Below, in pieces: positions 21,412 to 31,145 of a DNA stretch of 54,186 nt. The translations under genes were made by a program, and so were the position numbers. The notes under the pieces were generated by a model, which did no database searches, was not told the DNA's origin, and worked only from the letters and a program-made list of their open reading frames with translations. Position 1 is the first letter of the stretch. Each line of letters starts with the position of its first letter. Source of the DNA: Promethearchaeota archaeon (GTDB taxonomy: Archaea; Asgardarchaeota; Lokiarchaeia; Sigyniarchaeales; SOKP01); the NCBI GenBank assembly GCA_019057865.1, contig JAHLWP010000031.1:1-54186 (forward strand), read 5' to 3'.

Positions 21412-23655
21412 TTATATTGGCAGTAATTTGAATGTACCTTCTAAGTTTTTGGTAATGGCATCACGAGAAAATAAAAACGGAACATATTTGCCTCGAGCCC
21501 ATAGTTTCATTAAATCTTTATAATGTTTATGAAATGGTAATCCAGACTGCCCTCCTGGGATAACGCAAATTGATTTATCCCAATCAGATAAATCATGAAT
21601 CAGACGGACAGAGGGCCCAACAATAACTTGATAGTTGTTAGAAGGAACATAGTAACCATTGTTAAGAGTATTCCCATCACCACCAGTTTTAAACGGACCG
21701 ATGTTTAAAGCCGCAGCTTCATCATTAACAAGGGAGAAAGGATGAACTAAAATAGTTTTATGAAGGTTACCCCAGTTCCATTTATTATAATCTGAAGAAA
21801 TTCTTTCTGATAAGATATTGAGCGTTTTTTCAAGTGTATTTAAAAGGAGTTCCTCAAGTTCTATACTCTTATTATCATATAAGTTAAATAGTCTTTTCAG
21901 GTCAAAAGGACAACTCGCTAGATAAGGTTCTAGAAAATCTTTTTCGATATATTGAATAAGTATTTTTTTAATAGTTTCTTCGCACCAAATTTTATATATT
22001 GTACCTCCTATACTCTTTTTTGTTAAATGATAATTCCAATTTTCCAACAAAGAAAGAATCTCAGGATTTATTTTATCAGATGCTTTTTCTTTTATGTAAT
22101 TCAACATTAAAGGTAAAAGTTCGACAGCTTCTTCGGTAAAATAATCATTCTGGAAATTTATAAAATCTTGGCTAGAAAATTTCTCTTTTGATTGAAGTAA
22201 TTTTTTTAATCTTTTTTGTCTATATAATCCTATAAAGTCCTGAGCAATTAGTACACCATTTGGGGCTTTATCTTCATTATAATTAGCTGTATATACAAAA
22301 CCATGTTTGGGATTATAAACCGAAAATAATTTCTCGAATGGAGCTAGACCAACCCAATTATATTTTTCATCTGTGCTTGGTGTGACTGTTGCCCCATCCC
22401 CATACCCCCTTATGGGGATCTTTCCTCCATGTTGATGCCCGATATTACCAGAAATATCACCATAAAGAAAATTTTGTGGATTAATGGTCAACAATTTTGT
22501 ACCTTCACGAAATTCATCCCAGTTTGAAGCTTTATTTATTTTAAAAAAGCCTTCTATAGTTGCATCTAGATTTGCCCCAAAACTCGACCAGCGCAATGCA
22601 TATTTATCAGGAAGGTTAATTCTATATATTTTATTATCTGACTCAAAATATTCAATAACAGGACCAAATTTAGTCATTAATACTTTAAATGGTACTGCGT
22701 TAGTTTTACCTTTAATGGTTATAGGTTCTTCAATATTCTCAAAATCTATCCAATCTCCATTATAAAAATACTGATTGTTATTTTCTGGATTTAGTTTAAG
22801 TTTAAATAAATCTATAGTATCTGCACATACATTTGTGCAACCCCAAGCGATTCTTTCATTGTGTCCTAAAACCACACCAGGTAAACCTGCAAAAGAACTT
22901 CCTATCACATTGAATCCTGGGCAATTCAAATGAATTAAAAACCATATAGATGGGACAGTTAGAGGTAAATGTGGATCATTCGCGAACAAAACTGATCCAG
23001 ATTCTGATTTATTAGGAGATATTACCCAACCATTACTTCCTTTTGAATTCTTCAAGTTCGCACCAAAATAAAGGGGTATAATTTTATCAGCTAAATTAGT
23101 TCCCAATTTTTTAATTAAATACTCACGCAGCAATTCTAAAGGATAATTCCAACTACTTAATCCCCATTCGATTAAACTAAGGATTGAGAGTGAATCTTCT
23201 ACTTTCCATTCTTTTGGGGTTATATCAAGAACAAAAAACTCGAGAGGTGGATTTTTTCTTGCAATTTTGACACCAGCATTAATCCCTCTTATATAGCTTT
23301 TTAATAAATAAAATTGTTCATTATTAGGTTCTTTCTGTAATCGTTCTGAGCAAAATTTTGCAATTCGATGTAATCCTATTATTCTATAGTGCTTATCTAA
23401 ATCTAAAGTCACATCTCCAGTTATTTCTGAAAGGGTTCCTGAGGTTAATCGACGAAATTGCTCCATTTGCCACAATCGATGACGAGCATGGATGTATCCT
23501 TGTGTAAAATACGCATCTTCTATTGATTTTGCAAATACATGAGGGATGCCCCATTTATCCCATAGGATTTCAACCTCTTCTTTAAGACCTTCTATCTTTT
23601 TTGAACCAGATATTGGGGGGAACGCTTTTTTCGCAATATTGAGAAATTCTTCCAT
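21412..23655 (-). CDS. Penicillin acylase family Ntn-hydrolase (peptidase S45)
   Basis: WDKWGIPHV, RLWQME, GSNGWV (beta-chain N-terminal Ser), ANDPHL and PGGQSG; no signal peptide. Confidence 0.95.
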   Translation of the reverse strand: MEEFLNIAKKAFPPISGSKKIEGLKEEVEILWDKWGIPHVFAKSIEDAYFTQGYIHARHRLWQMEQFRRLTSGTLSEITGDVTLDLDKHYRIIGLHRIAKFCSERLQKEPNNEQFYLLKSYIRGINAGVKIARKNPPLEFFVLDITPKEWKVEDSLSILSLIEWGLSSWNYPLELLREYLIKKLGTNLADKIIPLYFGANLKNSKGSNGWVISPNKSESGSVLFANDPHLPLTVPSIWFLIHLNCPGFNVIGSSFAGLPGVVLGHNERIAWGCTNVCADTIDLFKLKLNPENNNQYFYNGDWIDFENIEEPITIKGKTNAVPFKVLMTKFGPVIEYFESDNKIYRINLPDKYALRWSSFGANLDATIEGFFKINKASNWDEFREGTKLLTINPQNFLYGDISGNIGHQHGGKIPIRGYGDGATVTPSTDEKYNWVGLAPFEKLFSVYNPKHGFVYTANYNEDKAPNGVLIAQDFIGLYRQKRLKKLLQSKEKFSSQDFINFQNDYFTEEAVELLPLMLNYIKEKASDKINPEILSLLENWNYHLTKKSIGGTIYKIWCEETIKKILIQYIEKDFLEPYLASCPFDLKRLFNLYDNKSIELEELLLNTLEKTLNILSERISSDYNKWNWGNLHKTILVHPFSLVNDEAAALNIGPFKTGGDGNTLNNGYYVPSNNYQVIVGPSVRLIHDLSDWDKSICVIPGGQSGLPFHKHYKDLMKLWARGKYVPFLFSRDAITKNLEGTFKLLPI

Positions 23656-23812
23656 ACATACTTTTCATCTTTGAATTATTTAATACTTTATTTCAAATTA
23701 AAATTCTATAACTTTTATGGAATCTATTCTAAAGAAAAAAGAAATGCAAATAAAAAATAAATCAATTCAGATTAAAATTTTAATGATTGTAATAATAAAA
23801 AAATAGAAAATT

Positions 23813-25123
23813 TTAAAGCATCTTGAAAAGTTGTCGTAGAGCCATGCTCATAATATATTGCTGAATTTGTCTGGATCCTCCCAAGATCTCTTGGATTCTT
23901 GAAATATTCATGTAATCATGCATTAAAGTATTGTCACAAAGACCTGCTCCACCCATTAGATTTGCTGCCTCATAGCAAACTTCCTTGGAAAGATTTGTAC
24001 AATGATACTTGAACTGAGAAGCACTTGCTACCATAGCTCTTGAAATATTTCGAGGGATTTCTCCACCAAACTTTTCCATCTTATCGTCATAAGTTTCTGC
24101 GAATTTTAGAAGTCCAATAGTTAAATTGGTTGTCTTTGCCCAAAGATCTGCCAAGAGGAAGCCTACGCCTTGGAATTTTAGAATTTCTTGGTCAAATTGT
24201 TTTCTCATATTAGCATAAATAGCTGCATGTGAAACAGCACCCCAACATTGGGAAATTGCGCCACATGCAATACCAATTCTTTCAGGAACTAAACCCTCGA
24301 ATAGATGCTCGCGACCCTTTCCTACGCCACCCAAGATGTATTCTTTTGGAACTCTGAGATTTACTAATTTTTCATGTCCTAGATAAAGTTTTGGGACCCA
24401 TGGAATATAGACACGCTCACACTGCCATCCATCCCATTCAGTATTAATTAAAAATTGGGCCATCAAGTTTCCGTTGTTTTTTTCAGCAGTAGCATATGCA
24501 ACAACCCACTTGGATTTTGGCGCATTAGTATTGTAAATTTTTTCTCCATTCAAGATGAAGCTACCATCGGCTTGTTCTTCGCATACACTTAATTGGTGGA
24601 CAGCATCTGAACCTCTCTCTGGTTCTGTTATTAGAATTGCCCCAGGAGATTTGCCTGTAATTAAATCTTTTAACGCTTCTAATCTCTCAGGGACACCTTC
24701 ATGGTGGTCATATATCGGATTAATAGCTAAAAGAGTTGCTCCACTACCCATAGCAAATTGCGTATCAAACATATCAATTGCGAGATATCTCAAAAAATCA
24801 GGTACTGCCCCATAATTATCATAATTTATATCGACCATATCAAAGTTATGAGCTCTTGTAATATACCCTTGTTCCCCAAAAGCAGGGATCCAATCATATA
24901 TATCCTCATCAGGACCATGGATGATATTGTTTTTCTTTTCAAAACGCATGCAAAATTTTTGTACACTCTTTAGATAATTGAATTGTTCTGGAGATAATAT
25001 AGGCATTAGGTTATTATTCAAGAAACTGTATCGATTCTTAAGGCTTAATTTCGCTAAAATTTCATCATTAATAGCTTGGTTCATAAATTTTGTGTTTTTC
25101 ATTATTTTTTTTACCCCTAACAC
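23813..25123 (-). CDS. Acyl-CoA dehydrogenase (paralog 4)
   Basis: Same motif set as paralogs 1-3, in inverted orientation. Confidence 0.95.
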   Translation of the reverse strand: MLGVKKIMKNTKFMNQAINDEILAKLSLKNRYSFLNNNLMPILSPEQFNYLKSVQKFCMRFEKKNNIIHGPDEDIYDWIPAFGEQGYITRAHNFDMVDINYDNYGAVPDFLRYLAIDMFDTQFAMGSGATLLAINPIYDHHEGVPERLEALKDLITGKSPGAILITEPERGSDAVHQLSVCEEQADGSFILNGEKIYNTNAPKSKWVVAYATAEKNNGNLMAQFLINTEWDGWQCERVYIPWVPKLYLGHEKLVNLRVPKEYILGGVGKGREHLFEGLVPERIGIACGAISQCWGAVSHAAIYANMRKQFDQEILKFQGVGFLLADLWAKTTNLTIGLLKFAETYDDKMEKFGGEIPRNISRAMVASASQFKYHCTNLSKEVCYEAANLMGGAGLCDNTLMHDYMNISRIQEILGGSRQIQQYIMSMALRQLFKML

Positions 25124-25225
25124 TAAATTTTGTAAATTTAAAAATTAATTAAATCTACTTAAGAAAATATAATCTAACTTTTTAATTTTTTTTAAAACCT
25201 AATTTCTGGGTTTAATAAGTTTAAA

Positions 25226-25978
25226 TTAAGAAATTAATTTTTGCAAACGATTAGAAAATTTCTTTGATATTATAAGACCTGTTTCAAATGGACAATTAGA
25301 TTTAAATTGAACAACAGAAATGAAATGTTCATCTATTCCTACTAATGAAAGAATGCCAAAATCCTCTAAAGATATAAGTTCACTTACTTTAAAATTACCT
25401 ACTAGAAATCTACCCTCTAAAAGCCTAATGATTTCAGAAAGAATATTAGGATCTAAATAGGAGATAATTACCCTACCAGTTTGGGTTAATAAGGCTGAGG
25501 AAATGACAAATGAAGAGAATGTATGTAACTCATTAAAAATTTTGACTAAATCGTTTTGAATTTCTTTTGGAACTAGTTGTTTGCTATTTTCCATAATGTT
25601 AACGATATTTTCATCAAAATCAAAGAATTTAGAAATTTCACCATCAAAATTATCAGTAAGTAAATTTAAATCAAACTTATTTAAAAATTGAGTTTTAATT
25701 TCCCTTAATTGATTTCTAAGTTCAACTAAATTATCTGTTCTATCACTGAATAAAGCAAACATTAATTCATCATTCTTTATTTTTTCAATTTCGAATATGA
25801 ACCTAAAAGGACCAACCTCAATTTCAGATAAATCCTCAGTTTTTAATGTTTGCTTTACAAATGAGAAAATTGCACTCAAGAAACTGCTTGTTAATTTAAT
25901 GTTAAAAATATCTTCATAAGTTTTATAGAAAATTAATTCACCAGTATTACCTTTCATTATGAAGATATTCTTAATCAT
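25226..25978 (-). CDS. Longin-like domain fused to a roadblock-like domain
   Basis: N-terminal IFIMKGNTGELIF...LTSSFLSAIFSF...SEIEVG matches the Asgard longin pattern. C-terminal VISSALLTQTGRVIISYL matches the roadblock pattern. Confidence 0.7.
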   Translation of the reverse strand: MIKNIFIMKGNTGELIFYKTYEDIFNIKLTSSFLSAIFSFVKQTLKTEDLSEIEVGPFRFIFEIEKIKNDELMFALFSDRTDNLVELRNQLREIKTQFLNKFDLNLLTDNFDGEISKFFDFDENIVNIMENSKQLVPKEIQNDLVKIFNELHTFSSFVISSALLTQTGRVIISYLDPNILSEIIRLLEGRFLVGNFKVSELISLEDFGILSLVGIDEHFISVVQFKSNCPFETGLIISKKFSNRLQKLIS

Positions 25979-26189
25979 TTAGGTCAAAACTGATTTAGTA
26001 AGTTTAATTATTCAATACCTTATTATTTAAAATAATATTTAATCTATAAAAATTCTTGTATGATTTAATTACTTAATGTGAACGCAACAAACATAAATAA
26101 ATTATCTATTAACTTAACGAAATAATTTTCTTCATTAACGAAAAAATAAGAAACATGAATATATTAATTAGATTCTTTAATTCTATGAT

Positions 26190-26948
26190 CTAAAAACCTT
26201 CAAATTTTGCCCATTCATCATCTTCCTCTATATCTTCCTCGTCTTCCGCGTATTCTTCAATCTTTTCACCTTTAGAACTTGCTGTATATTCTTCTTCAAA
26301 CTCCTCAAAATCCTCTTCGAAAGTTATTGCTTTCTCTATATCTGTTATTGATTGCTCTGTAACTTTCACTTTGGGTATTGGTTCTTCTACTGGTTTCTTC
26401 TTTTCTACTAACTTTAAATAGTCGCCATGAATTTTAATTGTAATTGGAGTTTCCTCTTGCAATAATCTTACTACGACTTCTTCACTGGAACTTGTGTCAT
26501 GTGGCATCCGCATAACTAGTGCTCTTGATCCTTCAAAGACACCACTTATAATTTCAACTGTATCTCCTTCCTCTAAATATTCTGTCACACTTCTAGGTAA
26601 TAATACATGCTTAAGTTCACTAAGCTCGATATTCTGTACTATTCTTCCTTTAATATGTGGAATGCCTTGAACTGCTATTTGCACTGCCCTCTTTTGAGGT
26701 GCTTCGAAGAATATATAACCCGGTAATAGAGGAGATACAAGCATTGCTCTGATATCAGGAATTACATCAAGAATCTTAAACCGATAGAAAATTTGCTTTA
26801 AGATGTTACTTTCTTGATTAATAGTTGTTCTAACAGCAAATAGAGTTGTTAAATCTTCCTTTTCCTTAATATCCTCTACACTAAAAATATTATCTAAACC
26901 ACTTTCTTTAATTTCTTTTTCTTTTGAATTTTCTTCTTGGTCTACCAT
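26190..26948 (-). CDS. spt5: Transcription elongation factor Spt5 with acidic terminal extensions
   Basis: NGN domain (FAVRTTINQE, LPGYIFFE) plus KOW (GDTVEIISGVFEG). Confidence 0.92.
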   Translation of the reverse strand: MVDQEENSKEKEIKESGLDNIFSVEDIKEKEDLTTLFAVRTTINQESNILKQIFYRFKILDVIPDIRAMLVSPLLPGYIFFEAPQKRAVQIAVQGIPHIKGRIVQNIELSELKHVLLPRSVTEYLEEGDTVEIISGVFEGSRALVMRMPHDTSSSEEVVVRLLQEETPITIKIHGDYLKLVEKKKPVEEPIPKVKVTEQSITDIEKAITFEEDFEEFEEEYTASSKGEKIEEYAEDEEDIEEDDEWAKFEGF

Positions 26949-27115
26949 TGCTTTTCACGAATCTTATTTGAATTTAGGATTTTTTAATTATTTAGAAAAA
27001 AAAGTCTAAAATAGTAAGGAATTAATAAATTTTAAAATTTTGCTTTTTAAAAAGAACTAGAAAAATTCGTTTCAATCCTCAATAATAAATATAACTAAAA
27101 TTATTTAAGCATCCA

Positions 27116-27496
27116 TTAAAGAGGGATATTATCAAGCTTTAATATTTCCGGAATTCTTTTATTGCGTTCAAGCCAAGAAATTTCATGCCTCATATATCTC
27201 CAAGAAATCTCGCATTTACCCAGCTTATCTTTCACGTTCGTCTCGAACGACCACGGATTTATAATAACAAGGTCACCACGTCTAATCCACACCCTCTTCT
27301 TTATTTTTCCTCTTATCCTGCCAATACGATGTTTCCCATCTTCACAAAAAACCTGCATTCGATCATTTCCATAAATATCTACCACTCTCCCAAACATTTC
27401 TCCCATCCTTTTATTTGGGAATTTAACTCTGGTAACTACAGGCACTCCAGTAGGCCTTCCACGCCCTCTTTTTGGTTGTCTTTTCTTCTTTCCCAT
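27116..27496 (-). CDS. eif1a: Translation initiation factor aIF-1A
   Basis: CEDGKHRIGRIRGKIKKRVWIRRGDLVII...WRY. Confidence 0.96.
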   Translation of the reverse strand: MGKKKRQPKRGRGRPTGVPVVTRVKFPNKRMGEMFGRVVDIYGNDRMQVFCEDGKHRIGRIRGKIKKRVWIRRGDLVIINPWSFETNVKDKLGKCEISWRYMRHEISWLERNKRIPEILKLDNIPL

Positions 27497-27540
27497 TTAA
27501 TTTACCCAATTCTTTTTAATTTTTGAACTTTTGCTAAAAC

Positions 27541-27876
27541 TTAAATCTTATCATCCGGTTTATAATCTCCTTTGATAAACACAATTTTTATTTGTTTATC
27601 TGAGTCATTTCTTATATTATGCATTTCTTTTGGTTCACATAAAAATACACTTCCCTGAGGGGCGGTATATTCCTTACCATCTATTATCATTATACCATCC
27701 CCTTCCATGAAATAAAACGTTTCATCTATTATATTATGACCATGAGCTATATCAGCCATTAACTTACCAGACTTGAGTAGAATTACTCCCCAATCAATCG
27801 AAGGACCCCTCATAAGATATTTTACACCAGAATCTCCACCTCTATATTTAAAATCAGATTCATGAACCTTTTTAAT
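27541..27876 (-). CDS. Cupin-domain protein (probable ATT start at 27876)
   Basis: HGH...ETFYF...PKEMHNIRN cupin motifs. The frame stays open 21 codons upstream of the track ATG, up to an ATT placed 6 nt after an AGGTGA RBS. Confidence 0.8.
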   Translation of the reverse strand: MKKVHESDFKYRGGDSGVKYLMRGPSIDWGVILLKSGKLMADIAHGHNIIDETFYFMEGDGIMIIDGKEYTAPQGSVFLCEPKEMHNIRNDSDKQIKIVFIKGDYKPDDKI

Positions 27877-28030
27877 TGTGAATCACCTACGGTTTTATTA
27901 TATTATAAATCGAATTATTTAAATTAAATTATAAATCTTATTATAAAAAAATTAATGGTTTGAAATCTAAATTAATCATAATGCATTTTTATTTATGTTA
28001 ATTTGATATAAATATTACAGATTTTATGAA

Positions 28031-29245
28031 TTGATTGAAAGGGTAGTGATAAACGTTATGATACAGTCATTTAATTTTGCGAGAATTCCACATATAATTT
28101 TTGGTGCTGGAAAATTAAGAGAGCTTTACAAAATTTTTCCGAAATTTGGAAATAATATACTTATTGTAGTAGGTGGAAGTTCCCTTAAACGATATGGCAA
28201 ATGGGATGAGATTATTTCCATGTTGGAAGATAAATCAATAAACTTTTTTTCAATTTCAGTTTCTAGTGAACCATCTCCAGCTCTTATAGATGAATGTGCT
28301 CAAAAATTTAGAAATAAAAATATTGATTTAGTCATTGGAATAGGTGGAGGGAGCGTGACTGATGCTGGGAAAGCAATTTCTGCTATGATTCCTAAACCTG
28401 ATTCAATTAAGAATTATCTTGAAGGTATTGGTAATAAGACTCATGATGGTAGAAAAATTCCATATATTGCTATTCCAACAACATCTGGAACTGGAAGTGA
28501 GGCCACAAAAAATGCGGTAATTAGTGAAGTGGGTCCTAATGGGTTTAAAAAATCACTTCGTCATGATAATCTAATACCGAATGTGGCTTTTATTGATCCG
28601 GAACTTATGATTTCTTGTCCAATGTCAATTACAGCAGCTTGTGGAATGGATGCTTTTACCCAATTACTTGAGGCATATGTCTCATCAAAGGGAAATCCAA
28701 TAACTGACGCTTTAGCTTTTAGTGGAATGAAATATATAAGTAGAAATATTATATCTGCATGTTCGAATGGGGCTTCCAATATTGAAGTTCGTACTTCTAT
28801 GGCATATGGATCTCTTATGTCAGGGATAACACTTGCGAATGTGGGATTAGGAATCATTCATGGATTAGCTTCGCCTATAGGAGGTTTTTTCAAAATTCCT
28901 CATGGCGTAGTATGTGGTACTCTCCTTGCTGAAGCAACTAAAATGAATATAAAAATGTTACAGGAACAAGGTCCTGCTGGAAAAGGAGCATTAAAAAAAC
29001 ATGCTAAGATTGGAGCATTATTAATCAGTGAAAATTTTAAAGAAGAAGGAGATATCGATAAATATTGTTCTATATTAATTGAAATACTTGATAACTGGAC
29101 TCAAGAATTAAAAATTGATAAATTAGGTAAATATGGTATAGCAAAGGAGGATGTTGATAAAATCGTAGAAAATGCAGGGTTAAAGAATAATCCCGTTAAA
29201 TTAAGTAAAGAGAATATCAATGCTATACTAATAAATAGAATTTAA
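28031..29245 (+). CDS. Iron-containing alcohol dehydrogenase
   Basis: GGGSVTDAGK, PTTSGTGSE, DAFTQLLE, HGLAS and PHG. Confidence 0.95.
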   Translation: MIERVVINVMIQSFNFARIPHIIFGAGKLRELYKIFPKFGNNILIVVGGSSLKRYGKWDEIISMLEDKSINFFSISVSSEPSPALIDECAQKFRNKNIDLVIGIGGGSVTDAGKAISAMIPKPDSIKNYLEGIGNKTHDGRKIPYIAIPTTSGTGSEATKNAVISEVGPNGFKKSLRHDNLIPNVAFIDPELMISCPMSITAACGMDAFTQLLEAYVSSKGNPITDALAFSGMKYISRNIISACSNGASNIEVRTSMAYGSLMSGITLANVGLGIIHGLASPIGGFFKIPHGVVCGTLLAEATKMNIKMLQEQGPAGKGALKKHAKIGALLISENFKEEGDIDKYCSILIEILDNWTQELKIDKLGKYGIAKEDVDKIVENAGLKNNPVKLSKENINAILINRI

Positions 29246-29265
29246 TTAAAAGAAAGCATAATTTC

Positions 29266-29781
29266 TTAAAGACCTTTAATAATCTCTTTTGCTAACAACT
29301 CAAAGGCTAATTCGACATTATCGCCTGTTTTAGATGATATTTTCAAGAAATCAAATAAATTATATTTCTCTTTATAAGTTAAGGCAAATTCATCTTTAAC
29401 AGTAATTAAATTAAATAAATCTAATTTAGTCCCTAAAAAGATTATAGGTAATTCTGGATTTTCATCTCTACAAATCTCCACCCATTGATCTAAATTTTCT
29501 AATGTAACTGGCCGGGTGAGATCAAACATTAAAAGTGCTCCTTTTGCGCCTCTAGCATAATTTTTAAGAAGAAATCGAAAACGTTCTTGACCTCCGAAAT
29601 CCCAGATTTGCAGCATCACATTTTCTCCCTCTAATTCTAATTCTTTGAGAAAAAATTCAACACCAATGGTCATATGTAGCCCTTCAATAAATTTACCCTT
29701 AATATATCTGTGAAGCATCGTAGTTTTCCCAACTTCTCCATCTCCAGCGATTATAGTCTTTAGTACTTTCGATTTGATCAT
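29266..29781 (-). CDS. Rab-like small GTPase
   Basis: GDGEVGKT, TIGVEF, WDFGGQERF, TKLD and SSK. Confidence 0.95.
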   Translation of the reverse strand: MIKSKVLKTIIAGDGEVGKTTMLHRYIKGKFIEGLHMTIGVEFFLKELELEGENVMLQIWDFGGQERFRFLLKNYARGAKGALLMFDLTRPVTLENLDQWVEICRDENPELPIIFLGTKLDLFNLITVKDEFALTYKEKYNLFDFLKISSKTGDNVELAFELLAKEIIKGL

Positions 29782-29858
29782 TTTATTGGTACTTTTACTA
29801 TTATCTTATAAAAATAATCGTTATAATTAGTGAAAAATAATAAAGTAATAAATTTTTT

Positions 29859-30302
29859 TTAATGTCTTTCAAAGGATAAATATTTCTTTTGTCTTAAAAA
29901 TATGCTATTTAATCCAAATTCTCCCGCTTTTTTTCGTAATATGGAATCATTTGTTGCTAGAAAGATAAGTTGGTTTTCAATTTTTAACTCAATTGCTTTT
30001 CTCAGCAAAAAATCGTCTGTAGTTTCAATTACCTTTTTGGTTTCATCTAGAAAGGTAATGTCATATTTATTTCTATTCTTTTCCAAATAGGACAATCCTG
30101 ATTTAAATTCTCTTTGAAATTTTGTTGCATTAGGTTCTCTAACTTGTTTTGCTTCAAGTTCTTTTAGAATTTGTTTGAATATTATAAATTCTACCTCTCC
30201 TTCTAAATTTAATCTAATCTCATTAAGATAGTCAACTTTAAATTGAAAAGGAAGAAGAATGAAATTGGAATCTAAAATAATTAAATTATGTTTAGATCTC
30301 AA
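29859..30302 (-). CDS. PIN-domain ribonuclease, archaeal Fcf1/Utp24-like
   Basis: ILDSNF, ILKELE, TDD, LATND and IFLRQKKYL. Confidence 0.85.
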   Translation of the reverse strand: MRSKHNLIILDSNFILLPFQFKVDYLNEIRLNLEGEVEFIIFKQILKELEAKQVREPNATKFQREFKSGLSYLEKNRNKYDITFLDETKKVIETTDDFLLRKAIELKIENQLIFLATNDSILRKKAGEFGLNSIFLRQKKYLSFERH

Positions 30303-30820
30303 TAGATTTGCCGCTCTAATATTTTTCTTGTTAATATATCAAAAACATTCTTAACATTTTCACCTGTTTTTGAAGATATCTTAAGATAATCCATCAAATT
30401 ATATACTTCTAAAAATTCCTTTGCATAATTATCGTCTACTTGGATATCATCTTCTAAATCATGCTTAGTTCCTAAAAAAAGAATAGGTAAATTGGGGTCA
30501 CCTTTTCTAACAATATTAACCCATTGTTCAAGATTCTCTAAAGTAATTGGTCTCGTGAGGTCAAACATGAGGAGTGCTCCTTTTGCACCTAATACATAGC
30601 TTTCAAGAAGAAACCTAAAACGCTCTTGACCTCCAAAATCCCAAAGCTGTAATGTGCATTGCTTGGCATCGATTATAGTCTCCTTGAGGAAAAATTCCAC
30701 ACCTATCGTCATTTTAGTTTCTGCTGAGAATTTTCCTTCCACATATCTATGAAGTAGCGTAGTTTTTCCAACACCTCCATCTCCGGCAGTGAGAACTTTG
30801 AGTATATATTTCGTTGCCAC
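30299..30820 (-). CDS. Rab-like small GTPase
   Basis: GDGGVGKT, TIGVEF, WDFGGQERF, TKHD and SSK; stop codon overlaps the PIN gene start. Confidence 0.95.
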   Translation of the reverse strand: MATKYILKVLTAGDGGVGKTTLLHRYVEGKFSAETKMTIGVEFFLKETIIDAKQCTLQLWDFGGQERFRFLLESYVLGAKGALLMFDLTRPITLENLEQWVNIVRKGDPNLPILFLGTKHDLEDDIQVDDNYAKEFLEVYNLMDYLKISSKTGENVKNVFDILTRKILERQIY

Positions 30821-31145
30821 GATATTATCACATAATTGGTTGATCCAATTTAACTTTAAATAACCTTGGTTGCTTTATAAAGTGTCAGGACTGACCCATT
30901 AGAAATTTTTATTTCTATAATTTTTTGATAAATTTATATTATTCTTAATTTTGAGATTGCTTTAAGATATTTTTAAGATAAATTTAGTAAATTAATAATT
31001 TTTGATTTTTGATTTTTTTGTTTTTTCAATTATACATCATTAATAAAACAATTTCAAAATAAACTTTTTTAATCTTCACATAATATTTTCTCTCAGTTCA
31101 TTATTTGAAAAATAAAATTTAATTTTTAGATTTGGTGCGATAAAA

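Noticed and set aside
27218-27258. BHB intron in aIF-1A using AUCC/GGGU as the central helix
   Set aside because: The cuts would remove 37 nt, shift the frame and destroy the conserved PW; the gene is already intact.
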